This document shows positions 1-7,786 of a stretch of DNA of 62,971 nt, one piece after another. The translations under genes and the position numbers were made by a program. Positions within the stretch are counted from its first letter, which is position 1. Each line of letters begins with the position of its first letter. The stretch is from an uncultured Clostridia bacterium (GTDB lineage Bacteria; Bacillota; Clostridia; Christensenellales; UBA1242): NCBI GenBank assembly GCA_944348085.1, contig CALVMU010000004.1:1-62971 (forward strand). Reading direction: 5' to 3'. A model generated the notes under the pieces. It was not told the DNA's origin and made no database searches. It saw only the letters and a list, made by a program, of their open reading frames with translations.

Positions 1-75
1 GAAGTTTAGCTCAGCTGGGAGAGCATCTGCCTTACAAGCAGAGGGTCATAGGTTCGAGCCCTATAACTTCCACCA
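1..75 (+). tRNA. tRNA-Val (anticodon TAC), first acceptor-stem base clipped by window edge, CCA encoded
   Basis: Cloverleaf readable: acceptor GAAGTT/AACTTC, D-arm AGCTCAGCTGGGAGAGC, anticodon arm TCTGC-CTTACAA-GCAGA, T-arm ATAGG-TTCGAGC-CCTAT, 3' ACCA. Confidence 0.9.
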
Positions 76-146
76 AGACTGTCACTGCAAGAACTTTTAA
101 AACAATTATCTTTTTTAAAGACAACTTGCTGTGTTGTATTAAAAAA

Positions 147-171
147 AGACTAGACGCCTAGTCTTTTTTTT
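147..171 (+). terminator. Rho-independent terminator (bidirectional geometry)
   Basis: AGACTAG-acgc-CTAGTCT stem-loop followed by a T7 run and preceded by an A-run. Confidence 0.6.
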
Positions 172-301
172 GTTTGCATGTTTAATCGCTAAAGTGCGAC
201 ATATTTACTATATGCTTATTTTAAATTAAAACACTTGCTTTAGACTTATTGTTAACCATACTTCATTATAATTACATAAAAAATTTAATTAGTCAAAGAT
301 T

Positions 302-871
302 TTAAAATATGTAGCCTTTATCTTCTAGCTTTGTTTTAAGTAAACTTGCTAGTTTTAATCTAACTTGGCGCGGAAGCTCTCGGGAACAATTTAATTTTTT
401 AGCAATTTCATTGTCGATATAACCTTGACAAATTAGCTTAATGATAGGTTTTGTCAATCGATTATGTTTTGAAACTCGTATCTCGTTGTAAATCTCTTTT
501 AAGCAGTTTTTAACAAATTCAAAATTCAAATTTTCGTCAAAGTCTGTGTTACCAGGAATAAACGAGCCTAAAACATCCTCTCCATTGACGGTAGGTGTAT
601 CTAACGAAACAGTTTCGATTTTCTTTTTAAAGTGACCCCAGCCAAATTCAGCACCTAATGAACGAAACATAATTCGTCGAAAACATAAACAAAAATAACT
701 TGTTTTAGAACCTTGCGTGCTGTCATATTTTTCGTATATATTAGGCAATTTTGCCAAGCAATCTGCGACCATGTCTTCTTTAAAAAATTGATAACCATTA
801 AAAAATTTATTGAAAGTATAATATGCAATTCTTCTTGCTTCTTCAAATTCTTCAAGAGAAATATTTCTCAT
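302..871 (-). CDS. Sigma-70 family-like transcription regulator (phage/island type)
   Basis: 189 aa. The N-terminal part resembles sigma region 2. The C-terminal LTKPIIKLICQGYIDNEIAKKLNCSRELPRQVRLKL resembles a region-4 HTH. Confidence 0.5.
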   Translation of the reverse strand: MRNISLEEFEEARRIAYYTFNKFFNGYQFFKEDMVADCLAKLPNIYEKYDSTQGSKTSYFCLCFRRIMFRSLGAEFGWGHFKKKIETVSLDTPTVNGEDVLGSFIPGNTDFDENLNFEFVKNCLKEIYNEIRVSKHNRLTKPIIKLICQGYIDNEIAKKLNCSRELPRQVRLKLASLLKTKLEDKGYIF

Positions 872-1003
872 AATGCACCCCCATTAATTGTTCGGTTGCG
901 CAACTGCAACTCAACAAACGCCTTCACTTTGTGAAGGCTTTATAAGCGGTTATAACATTTTGAATATTTTTAAAAATAAATAAGACAAGAATATAAAAGC
1001 TAA

Positions 1004-1135
1004 ATTGTTTCGCTTTTTGTTACAAACTTAAATTTCAAACACATATACTGTCGCACACTGCTACAACTATCGTGTGCGTGTGTAACAGTATATGTGTAAA
1101 TTTTTAATTAAACTATAACAAAAAAGCGAAACAAT
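1004..1135. repeat. 132-bp nested imperfect palindrome (long hairpin/cruciform)
   Basis: Outer arms ATTGTTTCGCTTTTTGTTA (1004-1022) / TAACAAAAAAGCGAAACAAT (1116-1135). Middle arms ACACATATACTGT (1039-1051) / ACAGTATATGTGT (1085-1097). Inner arms CGCACAC (1052-1058) / GTGTGCG (1072-1078). Confidence 0.85.
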
Positions 1136-1136
1136 A

Positions 1137-1820
1137 TTACCTCTTCTCTTCTGCTCTATTTATAATCGCACCCAAAATATATAATCGCTTATCTTTTATC
1201 TCTTCATTAGCTTTTAAACTAACAACTATTTTTCTTATGTCTTCTTCGTTAAATTTATCAATCAAAACAAGAAAACTCTCAAAAGTATATTTTTTTTGAT
1301 TATACAAAATTGATTTTGTTTTCAATTCCAATATAAACTGCACCAAAACACCAACAACATCCATAAACAAATTTTTATCTTGTTCTTTAAAACCCCAATA
1401 ATGAAAATAATTCTGATATCTATCAACAAAAAAGTCTTCCAACTCCTTTTCTGTCTCACACGCGCGCGCACGCGCGATTATAATCGACTGACTATAGACA
1501 TAATCATTATCATTATCATTATCATTGTCATTGTCGGTATCATTCGTATTCGTTTGTATATTTCGTATACGCTCGTATTCCCAACGAGCAGAAACATTTT
1601 CTTTATTTTTCTTGCATTTTGCCTCATACTTTTGTTTGTCTTCATCCATGTTAATTTTTATAAATTGAAAAGCCATTTTTAATTCTCCAGAAAATTCTGG
1701 CTCTTTGTCATCAATAGCATAGTCAAGCATAGCTCTAAACAATTTGCCTAACTGAGCATTGTTTAAGCCTTGCAATTTTTCGCGATAGTTGAAATATACA
1801 ATAAAACTATTCTTTGCCAT
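1137..1820 (-). CDS. Hypothetical phage-type protein with internal (Asn-Asp)n repeat; N-terminus resembles DUF6291-type phage proteins
   Basis: ORF 1137..1838. The preferred start is the ATG at 1820 (MAKNSF...), preceded by an AGAGG RBS. Carries a TNDTDNDNDNDNDND low-complexity insert. Confidence 0.5.
   Translation of the reverse strand: MAKNSFIVYFNYREKLQGLNNAQLGKLFRAMLDYAIDDKEPEFSGELKMAFQFIKINMDEDKQKYEAKCKKNKENVSARWEYERIRNIQTNTNDTDNDNDNDNDNDYVYSQSIIIARARACETEKELEDFFVDRYQNYFHYWGFKEQDKNLFMDVVGVLVQFILELKTKSILYNQKKYTFESFLVLIDKFNEEDIRKIVVSLKANEEIKDKRLYILGAIINRAEEKR
1503..1550. repeat. Hexanucleotide microsatellite (ATCATT/GTCATT)n inside the CDS
   Basis: atcattatcattatcattatcattgtcattgtcggtatcatt, encoding the ND repeat on the minus strand. 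Confidence 0.8.
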
Positions 1821-1828
1821 AAGCGCCT

Positions 1829-2020
1829 CTAAGAACAATTTATTACTTTAAATTTTCTTGTTTGTCTTTTTAGTTCTTTATCAGCAAATTTATAACCTTG
1901 CAAAATCAATCGCATTCTTAAAGCTTCTTTTTCAAGCTCTGAGATTTCATTTTCTATCGCTTCAAATTCAGTTTCTTTTGTTTTTGGATTTTCTATAACT
2001 AAAAAGATTTTATCATGCAT
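1829..2020 (-). CDS. Hypothetical small protein (63 aa, charged/coiled-coil-like)
   Basis: ORF tightly packed with its neighbours on the same strand. Confidence 0.35.
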   Translation of the reverse strand: MHDKIFLVIENPKTKETEFEAIENEISELEKEALRMRLILQGYKFADKELKRQTRKFKVINCS

Positions 2021-2403
2021 TTGCCCACCGCCTTATTTACTGATTTTTTAAAATTTTCTACAGCGCGCCTGATATTGACAAACTTATCAAATTTTTTAGT
2101 ATAAACAACCCAAATTTCAGCGTCTATGTTTACCTTTTGAAGAATATCTGAAAAAGTAGTGGCTTTTACAAAGTTTTCAAATTCCTTTGTTTCGTCTAAA
2201 AATTTCACATTAAAGCTTACATCTGCATTTTTTATTTTTTCAAAGCTTTTAATAAAATGCTTAGTTTTAATTGGAAGAGCACAAGAGACTTCCAAAACTA
2301 AAACTTTACCAAAATTATTAACATAGGCAAAAGCCTCTTCTTCTGAGCATTCAAAATTCAGCTCTTGACCTTTAAAAATTATTTTATATCTATTATCTCG
2401 CAT
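1999..2403 (-). CDS. Hypothetical protein (134 aa)
   Basis: ORF in an operon-like overlapping array on the minus strand; no motif recognised. Confidence 0.45.
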   Translation of the reverse strand: MRDNRYKIIFKGQELNFECSEEEAFAYVNNFGKVLVLEVSCALPIKTKHFIKSFEKIKNADVSFNVKFLDETKEFENFVKATTFSDILQKVNIDAEIWVVYTKKFDKFVNIRRAVENFKKSVNKAVGKCMIKSF

Positions 2404-2570
2404 ATTTCCCCCTTATTAATTTTGTTTTCTTTGATTTTCAACAATTGTGTAGCAATCTGTATTTTTATGTTTAAAATATTCTGTATCAAATCAGCTTGTC
2501 CTGTGCCATTTGCAAAAGCCAATAAGCATTCCAAACTTGCTGATAAAATTCTTTCTGTGTATTCCATCAT
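2379..2570 (-). CDS. Hypothetical small protein (63 aa)
   Basis: ORF whose start overlaps the stop of the upstream small ORF by 1 nt. Confidence 0.35.
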   Translation of the reverse strand: MMEYTERILSASLECLLAFANGTGQADLIQNILNIKIQIATQLLKIKENKINKGEICEIIDIK

Positions 2571-2743
2571 TACACCTCTTTATTCAAATTAAAATTTGGA
2601 CAGGTGATTATGATTGTTTTGTAACTTTGCTTGCAATCATTACTGCATTTCATGCACTTTTCATTGAAGGCTAATTTTTGACGATTTTTGCCCTTTAAAA
2701 AGAACAGATTTTCTTTTTTAAATTTTTCACTAAATTTTGCCAT
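2570..2743 (-). CDS. Hypothetical Cys-rich small protein (57 aa, not in ORF track)
   Basis: Hand translation MAKFSEKFKKENLFFLKGKNRQKLAFNEKCMKCSNDCKQSYKTIIITCPNFNLNKEV. The stop overlaps the next start (translational coupling). Confidence 0.3.
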   Translation of the reverse strand: MAKFSEKFKKENLFFLKGKNRQKLAFNEKCMKCSNDCKQSYKTIIITCPNFNLNKEV

Positions 2744-3095
2744 AGCGCTTTTTCAAAAACCCCCTTTCTAAGTCAACTTTTTTAACATTTTTTCGCCTAC
2801 AATCGATTTTAGCGAAGTGGTCCGTATGATTTATCATGCCGACCTCTTTTCGCGCCTTAAATCGAAAATTTTGCATTTTTGACTTTTTAAAAATTTCACT
2901 AGAATTTAGCATTCTAATTTTTTAATTAAAACAAGCTCTTTTAAGTATTCTTTTATCTTGTTTTGCAGTTTAGTTGTTTCGTTATCAGATAACATACTTT
3001 GAAAAATCTTTTTGCTTTTTCGTGAAACTATGTAGCTTTGTGTTCCTGTCATGGTTAAGACCTTTTAATTTATAAATAGATTTTAAATCTACAAG

Positions 3096-3293
3096 TTAAG
3101 CAAAAAAAATTTCATTAACATCTCTTATTGTTAAAAGGTTGCACAAGAGAGATATTTCTTTTGCTTTAAATTGTCTTTTATTATGTATCTTCATATTTAA
3201 TGATGCAAAAGATATACCCATTTTACTAGCTAAAGACTGTTGCGTAAACCCTTTTTCTACAATAAGCGATTTTAATTTTAATGAGTTTGTCAT
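3096..3293 (-). CDS. Cro-like / DUF739-like HTH regulator
   Basis: 65 aa with the HTH GFTQQSLASKMGISFASLNMKI; divergent from the cI-like gene. Confidence 0.65.
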   Translation of the reverse strand: MTNSLKLKSLIVEKGFTQQSLASKMGISFASLNMKIHNKRQFKAKEISLLCNLLTIRDVNEIFFA

Positions 3294-3439
3294 ACATCCT
3301 CCTTTTAAAGTAGATTTTTAATCTACTAAACGCAGTATAGCGCTTTGTAGATTAAAAGTCAACTAAATTTTATTATTTTTTTAAATTTGTTGATTTTTTA
3401 TCAATTTTATTATATAATTCTTTTAAAGGAGTATGAAAA
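3294..3439. promoter_or_regulatory. Divergent promoter/operator region of the lysis-lysogeny-type switch
   Basis: Operator-like palindrome GTAGATTTTTAATCTAC (3310-3326), half-site GTAGATT (3347-3353), and a related palindrome TAGATTTTAAATCTA at 3077-3091 downstream of the cro-like gene. Confidence 0.55.
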
Positions 3440-3769
3440 ATGAATAATCTAGGGCAGAATATAAAAAATAAAAGATTACAGCTAAATCTAACACAAGAAG
3501 AATTAGCTAATAAACTCGGCTATAAATCTCGCTCCAGCATAAACAAAATCGAACTAGGTATAAATGATATTTCTCAAAGACAAATTTCTGCATTTGCAAA
3601 AGCCTTAAACACAACACCAGCTTATTTGTTAGGGTTAGAACAAGAGAACGCGGAAACCTTTGTCATTATTAGTATAAAAGGCAAGCAGAAAGAGTATCAA
3701 ACAACGGAAGAACAAGCTCGAATTATAGAATCAATGATAAAAGAATTTAAAATGGAGCATAAACCATGA
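3440..3769 (+). CDS. XRE-family HTH repressor (cI-like)
   Basis: 109 aa. LTQEELANKLGYKSRSSINKIELG is a canonical HTH_3 motif. The stop overlaps the recombinase start (ATGA). Confidence 0.8.
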   Translation: MNNLGQNIKNKRLQLNLTQEELANKLGYKSRSSINKIELGINDISQRQISAFAKALNTTPAYLLGLEQENAETFVIISIKGKQKEYQTTEEQARIIESMIKEFKMEHKP

Positions 3770-5352
3770 ACGCAGTAATTTATGCTCGCTATTCTTCTTC
3801 TGCACAAACAGAGCAAAGCATAGAAGGTCAACTAAGAGTCTGTAGGGAGTATGCAGAAAAGAACGGCATCACAATATTAGACGAATATATAGACAGGGCT
3901 ATGACAGGCACAAATGACAATAGACCAGCTTTTTTGCGCATGATTGAAGATAGCAAGAAAAAACAATTTGAAAAAATTTTAGTATATAAGCTTGACCGCT
4001 TTAGTCGTAATCGATATGACAACGCAATTTACAAGCATAAGCTCCAACAATATGGAGTAAAAGTTATATCTGCAACAGAAATCATATCAGACAGCCCTGA
4101 AGGCATGATTATGGAAAGTTTACTCGAAATGTTTGCAGAGCTTTACTCTAGAGACTTAAGCCAAAAAGTAAAAAGAGGTATGAGAGAGAATGTTTTGAAA
4201 GGCTTAACAATTGGTGGTAGAGTGCTTTATGGTTATAAAGTTGAAAACAAAAAAGTAGTAATTGACGAAGAAAAAGCACAAGCTGTAAAAATTATGTTTG
4301 AAGATTATGCAGAAGGTAAAAGCAAAACCGAGATTGTTAACAAACTAAACAATCTCGGCTATAGAACAAATAAGGGAGCAAAATTTACAACCAACAGCTT
4401 GCAAGATAAATTAAAAAACAAAAAATATCTTGGTTATTACAAAAATGAATATATCGAAAGTGAAGACTACTTCCCGCAGATTATAGACAAAACTACTTTT
4501 GATAAAGTGCAAGAAAGATTAAAACACAACCAACGCTTTGGTGGGAAATCAAAAATCAATTTTATTCTATCAGGAAAACTGTTTTGTGGTCATTGTGGAG
4601 ATTCTATGATAGGAACTTCAGGAACAAGCCACACAGGCAAAACTCATGCTTATTATACATGCTTGGGACGAAATAAACGCCATAGTTGTAATAAAAAAAT
4701 CGAAAACAAAGATAAACTCGAAAATGACATTGTTGATTTTTTAAAAAATAAGCTTTTGAAACCGGCAAACCTTGAAAGTATAGCTGACGAAGTTTTAAAA
4801 GAATACGAAAAGAATCTGAACAGCTTAAAAATTCAGGAGTATGAAAACAAAATTAAAGCTATTGATAAGCAATTTGACGATATAACCGCACAATTTATAG
4901 CAACCAGAAACCAAAATGTAATTGACCGCTTAAATAAACAAGCTGATGATTTGACAGAACTGCAAGAAACATACAAAGAACAGCTTCAAAAACTAAAGCT
5001 TGCAAATTGTGTTAAACATGATAAAAAAGACATAATAGAATATTTAAAGTTATTCATTTATGGGGACACAGAAACAGCAGAAGAAAAACAAAGACTAATA
5101 AATACTTTTGTAAATTCAATCTATGTGTTTGACGATTATTATAATATCAACATTGACATTATAGACAAACAAGACAAAATAACACTTGAAGAAGTGCAAC
5201 AAATGTTAGAGAAAGCAAAACAAGAGTTCGCACAGCAAACTGATTGCTCCACCAAAAGAAGACCGAGAGGTCTTTTTTTTATTGCCGCAGGCAAGCCGAG
5301 TGGAGCGAGGGGTGGAAGGCTACAAGGTTCTGCAGGATGCAGGTTCTTATAA
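3766..5352 (+). CDS. Large serine recombinase (resolvase/invertase N-domain, recombinase domain, zinc-ribbon, coiled coil); 3' end reads into repeat DNA
   Basis: N-terminus AVIYARYSSSAQTEQSIEGQ (catalytic Ser), YKLDRFSRN, a Cys cluster CGHCG...YYTC...C, and a C-terminal coiled coil. The last ~35 codons translate a terminator hairpin and repeat unit A. Confidence 0.85.
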   Translation: MNAVIYARYSSSAQTEQSIEGQLRVCREYAEKNGITILDEYIDRAMTGTNDNRPAFLRMIEDSKKKQFEKILVYKLDRFSRNRYDNAIYKHKLQQYGVKVISATEIISDSPEGMIMESLLEMFAELYSRDLSQKVKRGMRENVLKGLTIGGRVLYGYKVENKKVVIDEEKAQAVKIMFEDYAEGKSKTEIVNKLNNLGYRTNKGAKFTTNSLQDKLKNKKYLGYYKNEYIESEDYFPQIIDKTTFDKVQERLKHNQRFGGKSKINFILSGKLFCGHCGDSMIGTSGTSHTGKTHAYYTCLGRNKRHSCNKKIENKDKLENDIVDFLKNKLLKPANLESIADEVLKEYEKNLNSLKIQEYENKIKAIDKQFDDITAQFIATRNQNVIDRLNKQADDLTELQETYKEQLQKLKLANCVKHDKKDIIEYLKLFIYGDTETAEEKQRLINTFVNSIYVFDDYYNINIDIIDKQDKITLEEVQQMLEKAKQEFAQQTDCSTKRRPRGLFFIAAGKPSGARGGRLQGSAGCRFL

Positions 5353-5468
5353 CAAAACCAAAAAAGAAGACCGAAAGGTCTTTTTTTATTGCCGAAGGCA
5401 AGCCGAGTGGAGCGAGGGGTGGAAGGCTACAAGGTTCTGCAGGATGCAGGTTCTTTTAACTTCCACCA
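5255..5468. repeat. Two tandem ~106-108-bp units: GNRA-capped terminator hairpin plus degenerate tRNA-Val 3' portion
   Basis: Unit A spans 5255-5360 and unit B 5361-5468; they are near-identical. Each starts AAGAAGACC-GA(G/A)A-GGTCTTTTTTT. Unit B ends TAACTTCCACCA, identical to the tRNA-Val 3' end, and contains CTACAAG (anticodon-loop-like) and AGGTTC (T-arm-like) at tRNA-like distances from the end. Confidence 0.8.
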
Positions 5469-5654
5469 CTTGTGTTTTAAATGGGTTCTATATCACAAGA
5501 TATGGAGCCCGTTTTTATTTTAAGTCAAATTTTTGTCGTCAAAATTGTCAACAGATATATAGTAAAAGTTTAAGAGATGATAGAAAAAATATTATGAAAC
5601 CTTTCAGGTCTCTATTGAATAAATTGTAATGGGCGTGAAAAGGAGGTTATTCTT

Positions 5655-6173
5655 ATGCCTTGCAATTTAAATTTTAATGAGTGCAACTCTTTTATCAACT
5701 TTCCAGTGCCTATTTTCAACTGTCGCTGTCGTTTGATTGCCTTGCTCAATTCTTCAACAACGACTGTTATCAATCCACCAATTGTTCTTGCAAATGCTTC
5801 ATTGGTTGCAACAGCTCAAACTGTTGCCACGCAAGGAAATGTGGTGTTTGCTCTTTCATCTAGCACTGGAACAGGAATAACAACTGACAATGCAGGAAAT
5901 ATAACATTACCAACAGGCAGATATTTAGTTAGCACAAGCATCAATGGTTTGATTCCTACAAATGGCACAGCAAGTTTTGCTTTGTATCAAGATGGATCGC
6001 AAATCACAGCATCAACAGTGCAAGTTACTGGCACTAGCGGAGCAAACTATTCAACCTCTATGAATAATGTTGTCGTTGTAAACAGCGGTTCAAGCACTCT
6101 TTCATTGAGGAACATAAATTCTGTAAGCCAAACAGTAAACAATGCAAGTTTGATAATTCAAAAATTGGCTTAA
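5655..6173 (+). CDS. BclA C-terminal-domain-like (C1q/TNF-like) surface protein without collagen repeats
   Basis: 172 aa with a strong RBS AAAGGAGG. A Thr/Ser/Asn/Gly-rich beta-type sequence (ITLPTGRYLVSTSINGL...ASLIIQKL) resembles exosporium BclA-CTD proteins. Confidence 0.4.
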   Translation: MPCNLNFNECNSFINFPVPIFNCRCRLIALLNSSTTTVINPPIVLANASLVATAQTVATQGNVVFALSSSTGTGITTDNAGNITLPTGRYLVSTSINGLIPTNGTASFALYQDGSQITASTVQVTGTSGANYSTSMNNVVVVNSGSSTLSLRNINSVSQTVNNASLIIQKLA

Positions 6174-6216
6174 ATCATCCCGCTTATAAAGCGGGTTACA
6201 TAAGTTTTAAATTTTT

Positions 6217-6249
6217 AACAGCTTTTGCAGATGGCTGTTTTATTTTTTT
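6217..6249 (+). terminator. Rho-independent terminator
   Basis: AACAGC-ttttgcagatg-GCTGTT followed by a T-rich run. Confidence 0.55.
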
Positions 6250-6309
6250 GGAACACATAATCTTTATCTTAGCTATTATGTATTGGGGGAATAACGAAAG
6301 AGGTGATTT

Positions 6310-7086
6310 GTGAGTGATATTGGTTTTACAGTTTTAGGTGCTTGTTTTATTTTTTTTATGACCTGCCTTGGCGGCGCACTTGTGTTTTTATTTAAAAAAG
6401 AGGTCAGTCAAAAAATCTATTCATTGTTTTTAGGCTTTGCATCTGGACTTATGGTTGCAGCTTCAATTTGGTCGCTGATTTTGCCAGCGCTTGAAGGCGC
6501 TTCTTCTTGGGGAAATCTGAGCTTTATGCCTGTGGCTGTTGGAATAATTCTAGGCGTAGGGTTTTTAATCCTTCTAGACCTTATTTTGCCTAAAATTCTC
6601 AATCGAAAAAACAAACGCGATTTTGCTTTTAGCAAGGCGTCAAAACTTTTCATAGCGGTGACTCTGCATAACATTCCTGAAGGCTTGGCCGTTGGGCTTG
6701 CTTATGGAAGTGCATTTTTATCTGGCGGAAGTTCGTTTTACAGCGCACTTATGCTTGCAATAGGCATAGGCGTTCAAAATTTTCCAGAAGGCACAGCGCT
6801 TGCTCTTCCGCTAAAAGAAGAGCTTAAAAGCAAGAAAAAGGCTTTTTTTATGACATGTTTAAGCGGTATCGTTGAGCCAATTATGGTTGTTGTTGGAGTT
6901 ATTCTCTCAACAAGCATTGAAAGTCTTATGCCGTGGTTTTTAAGCTTTTCAGCGGGCGCAATGCTTTATGTTGTTTGTGAAGAATTGTTGCCAGACTCAC
7001 AGATTGCCTCCAAAAATCATATAGGAACATGGGGCTTTATTTTCGGCTTTGTTATCATGATGATTTTTGATGTCGCGCTTGCGTAA
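6310..7086 (+). CDS. ZIP-family divalent metal (zinc) transporter, ZupT-like
   Basis: 258 aa, multi-TM, with the repeated signature HNIPEGLAVG / QNFPEGTALA. GTG start after a GAGGTG RBS. Confidence 0.8.
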   Translation: MSDIGFTVLGACFIFFMTCLGGALVFLFKKEVSQKIYSLFLGFASGLMVAASIWSLILPALEGASSWGNLSFMPVAVGIILGVGFLILLDLILPKILNRKNKRDFAFSKASKLFIAVTLHNIPEGLAVGLAYGSAFLSGGSSFYSALMLAIGIGVQNFPEGTALALPLKEELKSKKKAFFMTCLSGIVEPIMVVVGVILSTSIESLMPWFLSFSAGAMLYVVCEELLPDSQIASKNHIGTWGFIFGFVIMMIFDVALA

Positions 7087-7124
7087 AAAATTTCAATTTG
7101 CGCAAAATAGATTCAAGAGGTGTT

Positions 7125-7325
7125 ATGGGGTATTATAATTATCACGCGATAGCGAAAAAGCTTATTCTTGAAGGACAGCTTGTGGGGTATGAATTTGTTG
7201 ATGAATACAGGGGAATTGCGCCAGCGCTTGTGCTGTATTTTAAAAATCACAATCCGATTCCGATACGCTCATATCGCTGGGAAGAATATTTTCCGCTTTT
7301 AATAAATTTTGATGAAACTGATTAA
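7125..7325 (+). CDS. Hypothetical small protein (66 aa from the ATG at 7125)
   Basis: ORF 7098..7325; the internal ATG is preceded by AGAGG. Confidence 0.35.
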   Translation: MGYYNYHAIAKKLILEGQLVGYEFVDEYRGIAPALVLYFKNHNPIPIRSYRWEEYFPLLINFDETD

Positions 7326-7378
7326 TTTTGTTTACATTTTTTCATTATTTGATTATAATAAAAGCAAGGAGGAATTTT

Positions 7379-7690
7379 ATGGCAAACAAATCATCTTCAA
7401 AAAGCACAACAAAAAAATCTAGCTCAAGCTTCTGGGGCTTAAACAAAGTTTCTTTGTGGGTTTTGGGCGCTGCAGCACTTTTGTATCTTGTTGCAATGAT
7501 TTTAAGTTTGGTTGGCGTTGACGCAATTGCAGTCACAGTTCTTCAAAACATCGCTATGGCAGCTATGGTTGTGATTGTTGCAATTCTTGCATGGCGTTAT
7601 GTTAGAAGCAAACCAACAGTCTGGAAAGTGCTTTATGTTTTCATTTTGCTTGTTGTTATTGCATGTATCATCGTTCCACTTTGCGTGTAA
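7379..7690 (+). CDS. Small membrane protein (3 predicted TM helices)
   Basis: ATG at 7379 after an AAGGAGG RBS; Ser/Lys-rich N-terminus followed by hydrophobic helices. Confidence 0.5.
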   Translation: MANKSSSKSTTKKSSSSFWGLNKVSLWVLGAAALLYLVAMILSLVGVDAIAVTVLQNIAMAAMVVIVAILAWRYVRSKPTVWKVLYVFILLVVIACIIVPLCV

Positions 7691-7710
7691 AATGACAGCA
7701 TAAAACTAGA

Positions 7711-7746
7711 AACTCTATATTAAAATTTTAATATAGAGTTTTTTTG
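7711..7746 (+). terminator. Rho-independent terminator
   Basis: AACTCTATATTA-aaat-TTTAATATAGAGTT followed by T7. Confidence 0.7.
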
Positions 7747-7786
7747 TTTTTCAAACTTTTTTTAAAAACAAAACATATATAAAAAT

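Larger units (their letters stand above)
76..5468. mobile_element. Small integrated island / degraded prophage or satellite-like element next to tRNA-Val (boundaries uncertain)
   Basis: Begins at the tRNA-Val 3' end. The 12-nt TAACTTCCACCA (64-75) recurs at 5457-5468. Contains a divergent Cro-like/cI-like pair, a large serine recombinase, a sigma-like regulator and short phage-style overlapping ORFs, with no structural genes. Confidence 0.5.

Noticed and set aside
1380-1682. 100-aa plus-strand ORF with an Ile run
   Set aside because: It is an antisense translation of the (ATCATT)n microsatellite inside the minus-strand DUF6291-like gene.
5244-5629. Track ORFs of 71 and 115 aa overlapping the tRNA-Val-side repeat units
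   Set aside because: They translate repeat and terminator DNA (the same peptide GKPSGARGGRLQGSAGCRF appears in several frames or copies) and have no RBS.
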